Assembly (NCBI GenBank): GCA_963742415.1
Contig: CAVULX010000003.1
Coordinates: forward strand, 704,001-768,000
DNA: 64,000 nt
Origin: an uncultured Parachlamydiaceae bacterium
GTDB lineage: Bacteria; Chlamydiota; Chlamydiia; Chlamydiales; Parachlamydiaceae
Direction: 5' to 3'
Below the pieces are notes generated by a model, which did no database searches, was not told where the DNA came from, and saw only the letters and a list, made by a program, of their open reading frames with translations. Positions 31,001-46,000 of the stretch are shown here, in pieces (the stretch's first letter is position 1; each line of letters opens with the position of its first letter). The translations under genes were made by a program, and so were the position numbers.

Positions 31001-34000
31001 TTGTCAAAGTAATATTACCATTATTGCTATCGACCGTAAAATCAGTACCCGTGCTCAAAGCAATTGTCCCTGTGTTAAATGCAATCGCACCGCCACCCGA
31101 TGTAATAGTAGTCGGAGCTCCTGATGTGTAATTGAAGTTGAAGCCTGCCGTATAGTTTTGGGCGCCTCCTGTATAAGTAGTTCCTGTAAAATTAATAGCA
31201 TCGGTCGCACTGATTGTAAGATTTCCAGTAGAAGCGGAAGGGGAGGTACCGAAATTAGCAAGCGTCACGTCTTGGCCGCTGATCGAAAAAGTTGTCAAAG
31301 GGATAATTCCTCCGATCGTACCACCTAAAGTCACACTTCCCGACCCGGCTGACAGAGTCAGATTTCTTCCTGAAATATCCCCATTAATTGTTCCTGTGAT
31401 GGAAATATCCCCGCTACCGCTCCCGCTGCTCAAAGTGATATTGTTCGTCGTTGTTCTGGTGACATTACCTGTGATCGTGATATCGCTATTAGTCGTTGTA
31501 ATGTTTCCGCCCAGGTTCACTGCACCTGTCAAAGCAACTGCAGAAGAGGTTGTAATTGCCGCCGGTTGGATGATAGAGCTGGCTGTAGCCGAGAGGCAGT
31601 TAAGGGGGGTGGTACCTCCGAGCTGATTCAAAAATTGAATGGTTCCTGTCCCTGCAGTTAAAGTTAAGCAATAGGGGCCATCAACTGTATTGGAGAAGAG
31701 GATGTTACCAATACTTGCTCCAGTATCCATCACTACGTCGTGGGTCAGTGTAATAGGATCTGCCCAGCTTACATTGTCATTTGTCGTGGTGACATCTGCA
31801 CCTAATGAAACGAGGCCACCTCCAGATTCTGTGAATGGGCCATCGATTGAAATTGCTGAACCAAAAGGAACCGTTAGAGTACCTGAGTGAACAATCGAAA
31901 GCGGCCCGCTGTTCGTTGTCGTCACAGTAGAGTCAAATGCAACTTGATTAGCAGAAATTGAAATCCCTGTTCCTCCCGTCGTAGATAAAGCCCCGCCAAA
32001 TATCGCAAGGCCGCTCATATTCGATCCCGCAATCGAGGCAGCGCTGATTGCCCCAGTCGTGACGTTATTTGCACTGGTGATTGAAACGATGTTAAGAGGA
32101 GTCGAATTACCTAGATTGCCATTAAACTGAATGTTTCCTCCTCCTGCATTGAGATTAAGGTTCTGGGCACCATCCACCGTACTGGATAAAACGATGTTGC
32201 CATTAGCTTGACTGCTATCCAAAGTTGCGGCTCCAATAAGATTAAGAGGCGTATTAAACGTTATCCCTCCAGCTGTAGCAGTTACAGTCCCTTGGAAATT
32301 TAATATCCCCACACCCAAATTAGTCACATTGACAGAGCCCGCGGTTAAAGGGCCTCCTGGAGAGCCTACTGTGACATTGCCTGTGAATGCAGCATTGAAT
32401 GGACCCCCATTAGTTGCGTTGATCGTCCCTGACCTAAAAACGTTATTAACGGTTAATGTTATCCCAGCAGGCGCATTCGTATCGAGATTGCCATTGAATG
32501 AGACTGTTCCCCCGTTTCGGTGATATTAACCGATGCTGCAGTGAGAGACTGCACCGACATGTCCGTGCAACTGTTAATCGTAAAGGCCCCAACCCTCGTC
32601 GCTCCACCAATAGCCGATGAAGCTGTAATACTTCCCGTCCCCGCAGTGAAAGTTAATGTTTGATTACCAGCTGTAGTTGCATCGACAGTATTAGAGAAGG
32701 CAATATTTCCATTGCCTGAATTCAAGCTAAGGTTGCCGCTCAATGTGATCGGACCTGCAAAAGAGATTCCAGTGGCCGCTATGGAATTGCCTATGCTTAT
32801 AGGAGCCACACCTGTTTGGGTGAAAGCACCAGACAGAGAAAATGTAGTGCCATTTGCGACGGTTAAAGGATTAGCACCTGTCATGGCAATCGTTAAAGGA
32901 CCGCCCCCGGTTGTGGTCACATTAGAGTTCATTGTAACTTCATTGGCGGAAATGGAGATCCCAGATCCTCCGGATGTATTTAAAATACCGCCAAAGGTCG
33001 CTTGGCCAATAATTCCTGACGCGGAAAACGAGGCAGAGCTGATCGCACTAGTTGTGAGGTTATTTGCGCCTGTAACAGAAATGTTATTAAGAGGAGTTGT
33101 ATTGCCCAGGCTTGCGTTAAAGCCAATATTTCCTGCCCCTGCATTAAGGTTAAGATTCTGATTGCCATCAATCGTACCATTAAAAACAATATTGCCTCCT
33201 GACTGACTACTATCAATAATAGCAGTTCCAAGCAAATTAAGATTTGCATTGAAAGTAACCCCTCCTGAAGTAGCTATGACAGTGCCTCCCGCATTCAACG
33301 GCCCGCTACTCGTTAATGTTACAGACCCTGCAATAATGGGACTTGGGCTTCCTCCTGAAATGGTTCCTGTAAAAATTCCTATTAAGGGGCTTCCATTCGA
33401 TGCAGTGATTCCTCCTCCCCGGATGAAATTATTGGCATTGATAATAATTCCTGCGGATCCATTGGTGTTGAGATCTCCAACCAGATGAACCGTTCCCCCT
33501 GTTTCAGTTATATTGACAGATGCGGCTGTGAGGGCCTGCACCGTCATATTGGTGCAGCTATTGATTGTAAACGCTCCGATTCTCGTGATTCCTCCAATGG
33601 CTGCAGATGCTGTGATGCTTCCTGTGCCAGCTGTCAGGGTCAAATTTTGAGCCCCAGCTGAAGTGGCATCCACTGTGTTGGAGAAAACAATATTCCCATT
33701 GCCCGAGTTTAAGTTTAGATTTGCACTCATTGTGATTGGACCTGCAAAAGAGATGCCATTGCCAGTTATGACACCACCGATATTTACAGGACCTGTGCCC
33801 GTTTGGCTATAGGAACCACTAATCGTCGCGCCCAGAGTCGAAGCAGTCAAGAAACCGCTGTTGTCCACTACAAGTGGTCCGCCGTTTGTAGTGACGACCG
33901 ATCCATTGCGAACAAAATTCGTCCCGGTTTTATTAATGCCGCCTGCAGCATTTGTGTTTAAATTTCCATTGAATGTGGAGGTGCCGCTGCCGGCTGTTTG

Positions 34001-37000
34001 GGTAATGGTTGCTGCAGTGATAGCTTGAGCCGTTAGATTACTTACGCTATTTATGGAAAAATTACCCAGCCGTGTTGCCCCCCGACTGCTCCGCTGAGTG
34101 TGATTGACCCAGTTCCCGCGGCCAGTGTCAAATCCCCACCTCCATCAATTGTGGAACCGAACGAGAGGTTTTGGTTGTTGGCAGCTGTCGAGACGCTGGC
34201 GCTACCCGTTATGGTCACGGGGCTTAAGAACTGAGCAGCGCCGCCAATGATCATTGCATTAGACAATACGGCTGAGCCGTTTTGGGAAAAGGCTCCGGCA
34301 ATATTTGAAGTAGAGGAGGACGAATAAGTTGAGGTTCCCGAACTCAAGACACTTAAGGGGCCTGCTGCAGTTGTAGAAATCGCGCCATCAAAAGCGAAGG
34401 TGGTGCCTGTGAGCGAAATACCTCCTGCCGTATTGGTGTTCAATGCACCAAAAGTGCTTGTTCCGGACCCTTGCGATTGGGTTATTGTCGAGGCAAAGAT
34501 CGATTGTGTTGTAATGTTATCTTGTGCTTATAAACGTCAAATTCCCGATGTAAGACCCTGCCGATCCAATATCTCCATTAAGGGTAATGCTTCCGGCATT
34601 GCCATCCAACGTCAAGTTATAAGGACCCTGTACACTTTGACTTAGCGTAATGCTGTCCGTTCCTATCCCAGTATCGAGTAACAAGTCTCCCGCCATTGTG
34701 ATTGGACTTGCAAAGGAAAGATTACCCCCATTGGCAACCACTGAACCGCCGATTGTTACATTCCCTGAACCCGTCTGAGCGAATGCGCCCCCCAACGTAA
34801 TATTCCCTGGTGCTGTACTTGTGAAAAGGCCGCTATTGTTTATCGTCAAACTGCCTGTATTTGAAGTAGTAATTGCAGCATTTCTAACCACAGCACTGGT
34901 AGAAATAGCTATTCCAGCTGTGCCTGTAGTTGTCACTGCCCCTTGAAATGTGGTTGTCCCCGTTCCACCTGTTTGTGTGAACGAGGCTGCGTGAATATCC
35001 TGAGTTGTTACAATATTGGCATTGACAATCGTGATTGCGCCGAGAGCTGTTGCAGCGCCAGCACTTTGGTTGAAAAATACATTTCCACCATTCGAGTTGA
35101 ATGTGACAGCAAAAGGACCATCAATGGTCCCGTTCAGTGTCACCGTACCCCCGCTAAGGGTATTTGCCGTAATAGGAGCTACAAGAGAGATGTTATGGGC
35201 CGTGCTGATATTGCCCGTATGACTTGTAAAAGACCCGCCTAAAAATCCGATCCCTGTGCTCGATTGGGTGATCGATCCCCAAACGTTGGTCGGACCTATC
35301 GGAGAACCGGAGGATGTACCTGTCGTTGATATGTTATAAGGCCCATCACCAGGCGATGATCCTGTTGTTGTGACCGAGCCATTGTTCACAAGATTCGCAC
35401 CGGTGAGTGTGATTCCTAATGGCCCGTTCGTATTGAGAGCCCCATTAAATGTAAAAGTACCAACGGTCCAATTAAAATTGAGCGATCCAGCATTGATGGC
35501 TTGCGTCGTAATGTTGGTAGCCGAATTAATTACAAAATCTCCAAGCCGTGTCGTTCCACCCACAGCTGCAGAGAGGGTAATATTTCCTATTCCTGCAGAG
35601 AGCGTTAAATCATTTCCTCCGTCAATAGTGCCGGAGAAAATAATCGGATCTCCTGCTGCTGCCGTTGAAATCGACGTATCCCCGGCCAAATTCACTGGAC
35701 TTGCAAAGGAAATGGTATTACCCGCGGTGATGCTATTGCTCAGGCTGACTGTTCCGCTCCCTGATTGAGTCAAAGCGTCGCTTAAAGAGAACGTTGCTCC
35801 TGATCCCATTGTAACTAGGCCGCTATTAGCTAAAACAAAGGACCCCGAATTCGCTGTAGTGACATTACTATTAAAGGTAAAAGCTGTTCCAGTGAGGTTG
35901 ATTCCCAAAACACTAGACGTTGCAAGAGGTCCATTGAAGGTTGTCGTCCCCGTCCCTGCTGATTGGACTAAACTCGCAACGTTTATCGCAGCGGATGCTG
36001 TGACATTATTTACATTTGAGATTGTCAGAATATTGAGTGGATGGGTCGATCCAACGGCACCTGAAAAAGTAAGATTGCCAGAGCCTGACGCCAATGTGAG
36101 GTTTCTTATATTGTCCAGATCACCGTCGAGAGTACTGTTAAACGTAATTGCTCCTCCCGCGGTTGCCAAGATCGATCCGGATGCTCCATTCCTCACAACG
36201 GCGACAGGGAACACCAAATCATTGTTTGCCACTGTAATGTTGGCACCGAGAAATATCGTCCCGGTCGAGGTGAAGCTCACTGCATTCGACACGATATTGT
36301 TAGGGATAGAAATATCACCTGCAGTAAGGGACAAAGAGGCAAACTCGCCGCTGCTAACTGTGCCGATAGAAGAAAGAGTAAGGGGGCCTGTGCCTGCATT
36401 GATAGTTACATTGCGCAAATTCCCTGTGAGGGCATCGAGTGGAGAGAGGATAATCGCACCTCCTCCTGAATTAATCGTAAGATCAGTACCCGCACTCAGA
36501 GATATCGCAGATGTGGAAAAAGTGATAGGAGTGGCCGTACTGGTCAGAGTTGTCAGCCCCCCTGCGCTGAAATTTACTGCAGGAGCAATATAGCTTTGCG
36601 TATTGTAATTATAAGTCGTTCCTATCAAGTTAATAGAAGAGGTTGAGGTCAAATTAGCTGAACCAGTAATGCCAATAGAAGACCCTCCGATATTGTCAAG
36701 GGTTATTGTGCTTGCAGTAGCGTTTAAGGAATTCAGCGCGGTAGTTCCTCCAAGAGTCCCACCGAAAGTGATGCTGCCAGTGCCCGAATTTACGTTAAAC
36801 GTGTGAGCTCCGTCAATTGTACCATTAACAGAGATATTGCCTCCCGACTGACTGCTGTCAACAGTCGCATTGGCAAGCAAATGAAGATTAGCGTTATAGG
36901 TAATTCCTCCTGTAGTTGCAATGACTGTGCCGCCGGCATTAAGCGTACCAGAGCTTGTCAAGGTAATAGACCCGGCCGTAATGGGGTTAGGACTCCCTCC

Positions 37001-40000
37001 AGAAATTGTTCCCGTGAAATTCCCTATTAGAGGGCCGCCATTAGACGCGGTAATTCCTCCTGCCCGGACAAAGTTGTTGGCATTGATGGTGATCCCTGCA
37101 ATGCCATTGGTACTGACATCTCCAGCGAATGTAACTGTTCCCCCTATTTCGGTGATATTAACGGACGATGCGGTGAGAGCCTGTATTGTCATGTTGGCGC
37201 AGCTGTTGACAGTCAAAGCCCCGATGTTGGTCGTCCCTCCAATTGCTGCTGAGGCAGTGATATTTCCAGTGCCAGCCGTAAGGGTTAAATTTTGCGTTCC
37301 AGCTGTTGTAGCATCGACGGTATTGGCAAAACTGATATTTCCATTATTTGAATTCAGCGATAAATTTCCGTTCAAAGTTAGTGGGCCAGCAAAAGAGATG
37401 CCTGCCGCTGTCAATGCACCGCTAGTATACACAGGGCCTGCACCTATTTGACTATAAGAGCCACTTACTGTACCTCCAGAGGTTGATGAGACAATAAGGC
37501 TACCGCTGTTGTTCACGACAAGTGGACCACCATTTGTCGTGTTCAGCGTTCCATTTCTTACAAAATTCGTTCCCGTTAAACTAATGCCTCCTATAGCATT
37601 GGTGTCCAAATTCTGGAATGTTGAAATGCCGCTGCCAGCTGTTTGGGTGATGGTTGCCGCAGTGATATTTGCAGCTGTTAAATTACCAACGCTGCTAATG
37701 GTTACATTGCCAAGCCTTGTCGTGCCTCCTAAAGGGTTCGTAAACGTGATATTTCCCGACCCTGCCACAACAGTTAAATCGTTACCCCCATTAATTGGAT
37801 AGTTAAAGACTATATTGCCATTAGCAGCACTTGAATCAAAAATCGATGGGCCAATTAGATTCAATACGGAATCATATGTAATGCCTCCTGTATCAGTAAG
37901 CAGAGTGCCCTGGAAATTCAAAACTCCAGTACCCAAATTTGTCGTGTGTAAAGACCCTACCGCAATTGGAAGTGAGCTTCCCCCAGTGATCGTGCCTGTA
38001 AAGGTTGTAATTAAAGGACCTCCATTGGTCGCTGTAATGGCGCCGCCGCGGAAGAAATTTGTGATGTTGAGTAAGATACCTGCTGAGTTATTCGTATTAA
38101 TGTTGCCACTGGACGTTACTGTTCCTCCTGTTTCTGTAATGGAGATAGAACCGGCAGTAATGTCGGCCGTGGTCATATTGGTGCAACTATTGACCGTCAA
38201 TGCGCCGATCCTGGTTATCCCCCCGATGGCTGCAGAAGTCGTGATATTTCCCATTCCTGCCGTGAAAGTTAGCGCTTGGGCTCCCGCTGAAGTTGCATCT
38301 ACAGTGTTGGCAATATTGATATTTCCATTTTCTGAATTCAAGTTAAGGTCTGAGCTCATTGTGACAGGGCCTGCAAACGAAATGCCCGCAGCCGTTATTG
38401 TTCCTCCGATATTTACTGTACCCAGCCCTGTTTGACTAAAGGGGCCGCTAATTGTAGTGCCTGCACCTGAAACAACAGTCAAAGTACCGCTGTTGTTCAC
38501 TGTAAGCGGCCCGCCATTTGTCGCAACAGCGGATCCATTGCGAACGAAATTCGTTCCAGTTGTATTGATGCCTCCTATGGCATTTGTATTTAGATTCTGA
38601 AATGTAGATGTTCCACTCCCGGCTGTTTGGGTAATTGTCGCTGCAGTGATGTTTCCAGCATTTAAATTGGCAACGTTTTGGATTGTCAAATTCCCCAAAC
38701 GAGTGACACCTCCGACAGCTCCTGTAATGATAATATTACCTGTCCCTGCATTCAAACTAAGACCACCAGGCCCATCTACAGTGCTTGAGAATAAAATGTT
38801 TCCGGTGCCGCTCCCGCTATTAAGTACTGTATTATTGATTGCAACAAATACACCGCCAAATTGAATTTGATTGTTTGCTGTTGTAATCGATCCCGAAGAT
38901 TGAGTCATCCCGATACCAGATTGAGTAAAAGGTCCCCCAAGGGACAATGCACCACTGGCACCTATCCGGAAAGTTCCTGCTACCGAAATCGTCGCAGGAC
39001 CGCTGAGAGCGGTTGATAGAGTGTTGTTTACTGTCAGATTATTCCCCGTGAAGAGAAATCCCGAAGCAGCGGATAATGCTACTGCACCATTTAAGGTGGT
39101 CGTCCCGATTCCAGCTGTTTGGTTAAACGAAAGAGCTGAGATACCTGCAGCAGTGACATTATTGGCATTGGAGATTGTCAAGGCTCCGATAGGAGTTATC
39201 TGACCGATATTTCCCGAACAGACTATATTGGACAACCCCGAAGACAAGGTTAAGTTCTGGGCTCCGTTAATTAAGTTGGAGAAGGTGATGTTTCCACCGG
39301 CGGGGGTTCCTCCACCATTAGTTGAGTCGGCAATAACCGCTGCAGTCAAAGAAACTGGACCTGTCATTTGAATAGCCCCGCCGCTTGTCGTCAAATTGCC
39401 GCCGAGATTAATTGCTGATGTTCCTGTGTAATTGATTGCGCCCACTGTGGTCGCAGTTGAACCCTGGACAACTGTAGCGCCACTCGCAGTTAGCGACGAA
39501 AGCGTTACAGTTCCTCCTACAGCAGCTGTTAATGTAATGGTTCCGTTGTTTCCACCCGTTAACGTAAGGGTGTTTGCTCCATTCAGCGTGCTGGAAGCTG
39601 TTATGTTCGCACCAGCAGGAGTGCCTCCACCGTTAGTCGTATCGGCAACTATGTTATTCATTAAAGTGACGGGACCTGTCCAGTTGATGGCTCCTCCACT
39701 TGTCGTCAAATTACCGCCCAAACTCACTGCTGTTCCATTATAACTAATCCCTCCCGTCGTCTGAACGGAAGAGTTTTGTACAATCGTATTGCCAATACAG
39801 CTAAGTGCTGTAAGCGGCGCCGTTCCGCCAACAGCTCCTGATAAAGTCACTGCACCAGTGCCTGTCAAAGTGAGTGCATTGGCACCATTCACTGTGCTCG
39901 AAAAAGAAAGGTTGGAGCCTGTTGCAACCACGCTCCCCGTCAGAGATACTGGACCTGTCATCGAAATTGGGCTTCCACTCGTCGTTAAGGCACCGCCTAA

Positions 40001-43000
40001 GCTAATCCCGCTCGTGCCAGTGTAACTAATTGCACCCGTCGTATTCACTGTAGAACCTTGTGTCACAGTAGAGCCGCTAGCAGTGATCGATGTAAGTGGT
40101 GTTGTCCCCCCAACCGCACCCGCCAATGTGACACTGCTTCCCGTAAGATTTAAAGCTTGAGCCCCATTCACACTATTCGAAAAGACGATAGGAGCTCCGG
40201 TTGTTGAAACGGTATTGATGATAAAATCACTAGTCAAAGAAACAGGACCTGCAAAAGAAACTAAGGCATCGGTCGTAAGGATGTTCCCTCCGATAAGCGA
40301 AACGGCGCCCGAACCTGTTTGTTGGAAAGGTCCGCTTAAAGTATAGCCTGTTCCAGTCGAAGTAAAAGTGCCTGAATTATTGATAACAAGAGCTCCGCCC
40401 CCTCCCGTCGAAATATTACCTGCCATGCTGACACTACCATCAGTGATGTTGATACCTCCAGATCCTGTAGTCGAAAATCCACCAGCAACGGTTGTTGTTC
40501 CAGACCCGCCGGTTTGTGTGAAAGAGCCTAAATTCACCCCGCTATTAAACGTCACATTTTGCGCCGTTCCAATAGTCAGAGAGGTCAACGCAGCTGAATT
40601 GCCAACCAATCCAATAAAGCTAGCTGAATTGCCAGCTCCCGGATTTATCGTAAGATTGCGGCTGTTGCTTGTTGCATCTGAGTTAAGAGTGCTATCAAAG
40701 GTAAATGACCCCCCGGAAAAAACGAGGTTATCGGCACCGATGATGACCGGAGAACCATAGACAATAGGTCCGATTTGATTGGTGGTGATTGTGAGGATCG
40801 TGGGGGAATTGAATACCGGTGGTGTGTTAGAAAAAATGGGATCTGGGTGGTTGATTACATTTCCAGTTGCTGTAATGCTCTGCACGTTATTACCTAAAGT
40901 ACCGATCTGGGCCAAATTTACGGTTCCAGTAGATGCATTTAGAGTGATGTTCCGATTCACACCAGTCAAATTGGTCAGTGTGATATTCCCCCCGTTGCTA
41001 TTTACAGTAAAGTCTGTGCCTGAACTTAGAGAAATAGTTCCTGTGACAAAAGTAATTGGAAGGCCTCCTGACGTCATCGTCATAGGAGCGCCAGCAGTGA
41101 AATTAAAATTTGTACCTGCTGTATATGTTTGGTTTCCGTCTGAAATCACTGTCCCTGTAAAGTTGATAGCTCCAGTCGAGGTAACGGATGTGATCCCAGT
41201 GGAAAAGGCAGCTCCCGTGCCCCGGTTGGCTAAATTGATCGTAGCGCCGCTGGCGGTAAAATTATTAAATGGAACGACCCCTCCCATCGTCCCTGCCAAA
41301 GTCACTGTTCCAGTTCCGGAGGTGAGTGTGAGGTTTCTTCCCGAAACATCTCCGTCAATCGTTCCGGTAATCAAAATATTCCCCGCACCAGACCCAGTTG
41401 AGAGAGCCGCATTATTCGTATTTGTCTGAGTGGCGTTGCCATTTAACGTAATATTTTTGCCGACGGTCGTAATATTGCCGCCAAGAGAGATCGGACCAGT
41501 AAGAGAGACTGCATTGGTAGTAGAAATCGAGCCTAGTTGAACAATAGAAATTCCTGATGCTGTCAATGAACTCAAGGGGGTCGTACCGCCAATTGCTCCG
41601 GCCAGAGTTACTATTCCGCTGCCTGTCAGAGTTAATGCATGGCCTCCATCAATACTGTTAGAGAAGGTGAGATTCGAACCCGTCTCCACCACATCACCTG
41701 TTAGAACAACAGGTCCAGTCAATCCAATCGTACTGCTTGCCGTCGTTAGATTGCCGCCCAAATTGATCGAGGTGGGTGCATTATAACTTATTGCGGCGGT
41801 TGTGGTAACTGCTGCACTCTGCGTCATCGATGCACCTGTTGCACTCAATGATGTAAGCGGTGTCGTTCCCCCAACAATTCCTGACAATGTTATAGCGCCG
41901 TTTGTGCCGCCGATTAAGGTTAGCGCTTGAGCGCCGTTAACAGTGGATGAGAAATTAATGTTTGCTCCTGTAGTTGTTGCACCTCCATTAGTGGCATCAA
42001 CAGTCAGATTCGTTCCCAAAGTGACAGGTCCGGTCATCCCGATGGCACCACCACTCGTTGTCAAATTGCCCCCTAAGTTAATGGCACCGGTATAATTAAT
42101 TGCCCCCGAGGTTTGAACAGCTGTATTTTGCGCAATCGTAGCGCCAGAAGCGGTCAATGAATTGAGAGGCGTTGTGCCTCCCACCGCCCCCGACAAGGTC
42201 ACAATGCCGCTGCCATTAAGTATCAACGCTTGTGCTCCGTTCACCGTATTTGAAAGAGAGATGTTCGATCCTGTTGCAACAACACCCCCTATTAACGAAA
42301 CTGGTCCCGTCAAGCCAATCGCACTGCCGCTGGTGGTTAAATTTCCCCCCAAGTTGATTGCCGTCGGAGCTGTATAGCTTATGGCTCCTGACGTAGCTGC
42401 ACTCGAGTTCTGTGTAATGATTGCGCCAGTTGTGGTCAGAGTGGTTAAAGGAGTTCCGCTTCCAATAGCTCCAAACATGGTCACTGTCCCTGCCGTGCCC
42501 CCGTTCAAAATTAACGCTTGCCCATTATCAATCGTACCGGAGAAGGTGATGTTTGATCCGGAAGAGAATCCGCCACCATTTGTTGTATCTACTGTCACCC
42601 CCGCAGTAAGAGACACAGGACCGGTCATTCCAATCGTTCCGCCGCTCGTCGTCACGTTACCGCCTAACCCTACCGCGCCTGTATAACTGATAGCTCCTGT
42701 TGTTTGGGACGGTAGATGTCTGTGTTATGGCAGATCCGCTGGCCGTGAAGCTTGCAAGCGGACTTACCCCCCCGATCGCTCCCGTAAATGTGATTATGCC
42801 ACCGGTACCCCCATTCAAGATAAGTCCTTGAGCGCCATCGATCGTATTCGAAAAAGAAATGCTCGCTCCTCCAGGTGCCGAGTGTGTTGTATCTGCCGTT
42901 ATCCCGTTTGTCAACAGCACAGGGCCGGTCATTCCGATCGTTCCGCCACTCGTCGTCAAATTACCATTCAAACTAATCGAAGTTCCGTTATAGCTAATTG

Positions 43001-46000
43001 CTCCAGTTGTTGCTGCTGTCGATCCCTGAGTAATCGCAGTGCCTGCCACATTTAAGGTGGATAGAGGAGTTGCTCCACCAACAGCTCCTGTCAATGTCAC
43101 GGCACCAGTGCCATTCAACGTTAGAGCTTGCGCACCATCAACTGTATTTGAAAACGAAAGGGTCGAACCGGTTGCCGCCACAGGGCCTGTCAAAAACACG
43201 GGACCTATCAGCGATATAGGACTGCTTGTTGTAGTAAGAGCACCACCAAGATTGATAATGTTTGGCGCTGTGTATCCTATTGCCCCTGTCGTCACGACGC
43301 TCGACCCCTGCGCAATCGTGAAACCTGTGGCCGTAAGGGAGCTCAAGGGCAATACCCCACCCACAGTTCCATTGAGAGTCACAGTCCCACTTGTTCCTCC
43401 TATTAAATTCAGCGAATTGGAGCCGCTGCCATTGATCACGCCTGAAAATGAGATGGAGGCACCAGCAGGTATGGTGTTGCTATTAGTTGTATCGAAAACT
43501 GTATTTGTATTTAGCGTGATAGGGCCTGTCATTCCAATGGAGCCGCCATTAGTCGTCAAGTTTCCATTCAAATTGATAGTCGTACCGTTATAACTTATGG
43601 CTCCTATTGCATTAGCTGTTGATCCTTGAGTAATTGTCGTGCCGTTGACGGTCAGTGAGCTCAAAGGGGTCGACGATCCAACTGCCCCTGTCATCGTGAC
43701 TGTACCACTGCCTGCTAAAGTCAGAGCATTACCACCATCAATCGTACTGGAAAATAAAAGGCTCGAACCACTTGCTATCACACTCCCTGTCACAGCGACA
43801 GGGCCTGTCATTCCAATACTCCCTCCCGCGGTCGTTGTCAATGAGCCACCTAAACTAATCCCTGTTCCGGTGTAATTGATCGCACCACTCGTTGTTGCAG
43901 CTGAACTCTGTGTTATCGTAGCACCGGTTGCAGTTAGTGAGCTTAAAGGTGAAATGCCGCCTATATTTCCCGTCAGTGTTACGGTTCCACCAGACCCTCC
44001 CATCAATATCAGAGATTGAGGATTATCAATTGTGTTCGAGAAGATAATATTTGCCCCTGAGGGTATTCCACCGCTATTTGTCGTATCGACTGTCACAGCC
44101 GATCCCAAAGTAACAGGGCCAGTCATTCCGACGGCCGCACCAGTTGTCGTTAAGTTGCCGGCTAAACTAATTCCGGTAGATCCCGCGTAGTTGATAGCCC
44201 CTGTTGTGGCTACAGCTGCACCTTGGGTGATCGAAAGTCCACTCGCAGTCAAAGAGGTCAGCGGCACGGCTCCTCCAACAACGCCCGATAGTGTCACGGC
44301 TCCACCGGAACCACCGGTTATAGTGAGTGTTTGAGGCCCATTGATAGTGCCCAAAAAATTGATATTTGCACCGGCAGCTGAAGCGCCTCCATTTGTACTA
44401 TCCATCGTCAAATTGGTACCTAAAGCCGCTGGACCAGTCATCCCAATTGCGCCGCCGTTAGTCGTCACATTGCCATTCAGATTAATTGCTGTGCCGTTAT
44501 AGTTAATCGCGCCTGTGGATTTGGCCGTCGAACTTTGTGTAATCGTAGTTCCACTGACAGTGAGCGAAGTTAGCGCCGTCGTCCCTCCAATTGCCCCTGT
44601 CATTGTCACCGTACCGCTGCCTGTCAAAGCTAACGGATGGGCCCCATTAACCGTGCTGGAAAGTAATAAATTAGAACCTGCCTGTACAACAGCCCCAGTC
44701 AAAGTGATGGGACCGGTCATTGATATTGGACTAGCAGTCGTCGTCTGATTGCCTGCAAGTTTAATTGAAGAGCCGGTATAACTAATTGCACCGGTAGTTG
44801 TCACAGAAGCACTTTGTGTGATCGTCGTGTTATTTGTAACTAACAGTGAGCTTAGAGGCGTCGTGCCTCCTACAACCCCTGTCAATGTTACTGTTCCCCC
44901 AGTACCTCCCTTGAGAACTAAAGGAGAACTACCATCGACGCTGCTTGAGAAAGTGATATTCGCACCCGATGCAGAAATACCGCCATTTGTCGTATCTGCT
45001 GTTACAGCGCCAGAGAGTATGACAGGGCCTGTCATCCCCATCGTTGCGCCGCTCGTCGTCAGGTTGTTCCCCAGATTGATTGTTGTACCATTATAACTAA
45101 TAGCTCCCGAGGTAATAACTGGGGAGCTTTGCGTGATCGCCCCGCCAGTTACAGTAAGGGAAGTGACTGGTGTTAAACTACCTATTGCCCCCGACATTGT
45201 CACAGGGCCACTTGTTCCACCTGTCAATGTCAGTGTTTTGCCACCATCGATCGTACTCGAAAAAGAGATTCCAGCACCGGCAGGTGTAGCTCCTCCGTTG
45301 GTCGCATCAGCTGTTATGTTCGCACCTAGCGTGATAGGGCCGGTCATACCAATGGTGCCGCCACTCGTTGTCAGTTTTCCGTTTAAACTAATGGCCGTTC
45401 CATTATAACTAATTGCACCGGTTGTCTTCACAGTTGAACTTTGTGTGATAGAAGTACCACTCACATTCAATGATGACAAAGCAGTCGTTGCACCAACAGC
45501 CCCTGACAAAGACACTGCTCCACTGCCATTTAGAGTAAGTGCTTGTGCACCGTTCACTGTACTCGAAAACGACAGAGTCGATCCAGTTGCCACTACAGGA
45601 GCTGTCAAAGATACAGCGCCCGACATCGATATCGGATTCGCTGTCGTTGTAAGGGCCCCACCCAAATTAATCAGAGTTTTCGGGGTATAATTGATCCCCC
45701 CTGTCGCAACTGCGGAGGAGCTTTGCGTAATCGTCGCTCCCGTTACAGTGAGAGAACTCAATGGGGTTATGCCGCCAACGGCACCTGACATTGTCACGTT
45801 GCCGCCCGTACCGCCTGTTAGTGTCAAAGCCTGTCCACCATCTAGTGTACTCGAAAAACCTATCGAAGCACCTGCGACAGAACCTCCAGCATTGGTGGAG
45901 TCCACGACCACTCCACCAGAAAGAGCTGTTGGCCCTGTAATTGTAATGGCAGCGCCGCTCGTCGTTATATTTCCACCGAGGTTGATCGCTGTCGATCCGG

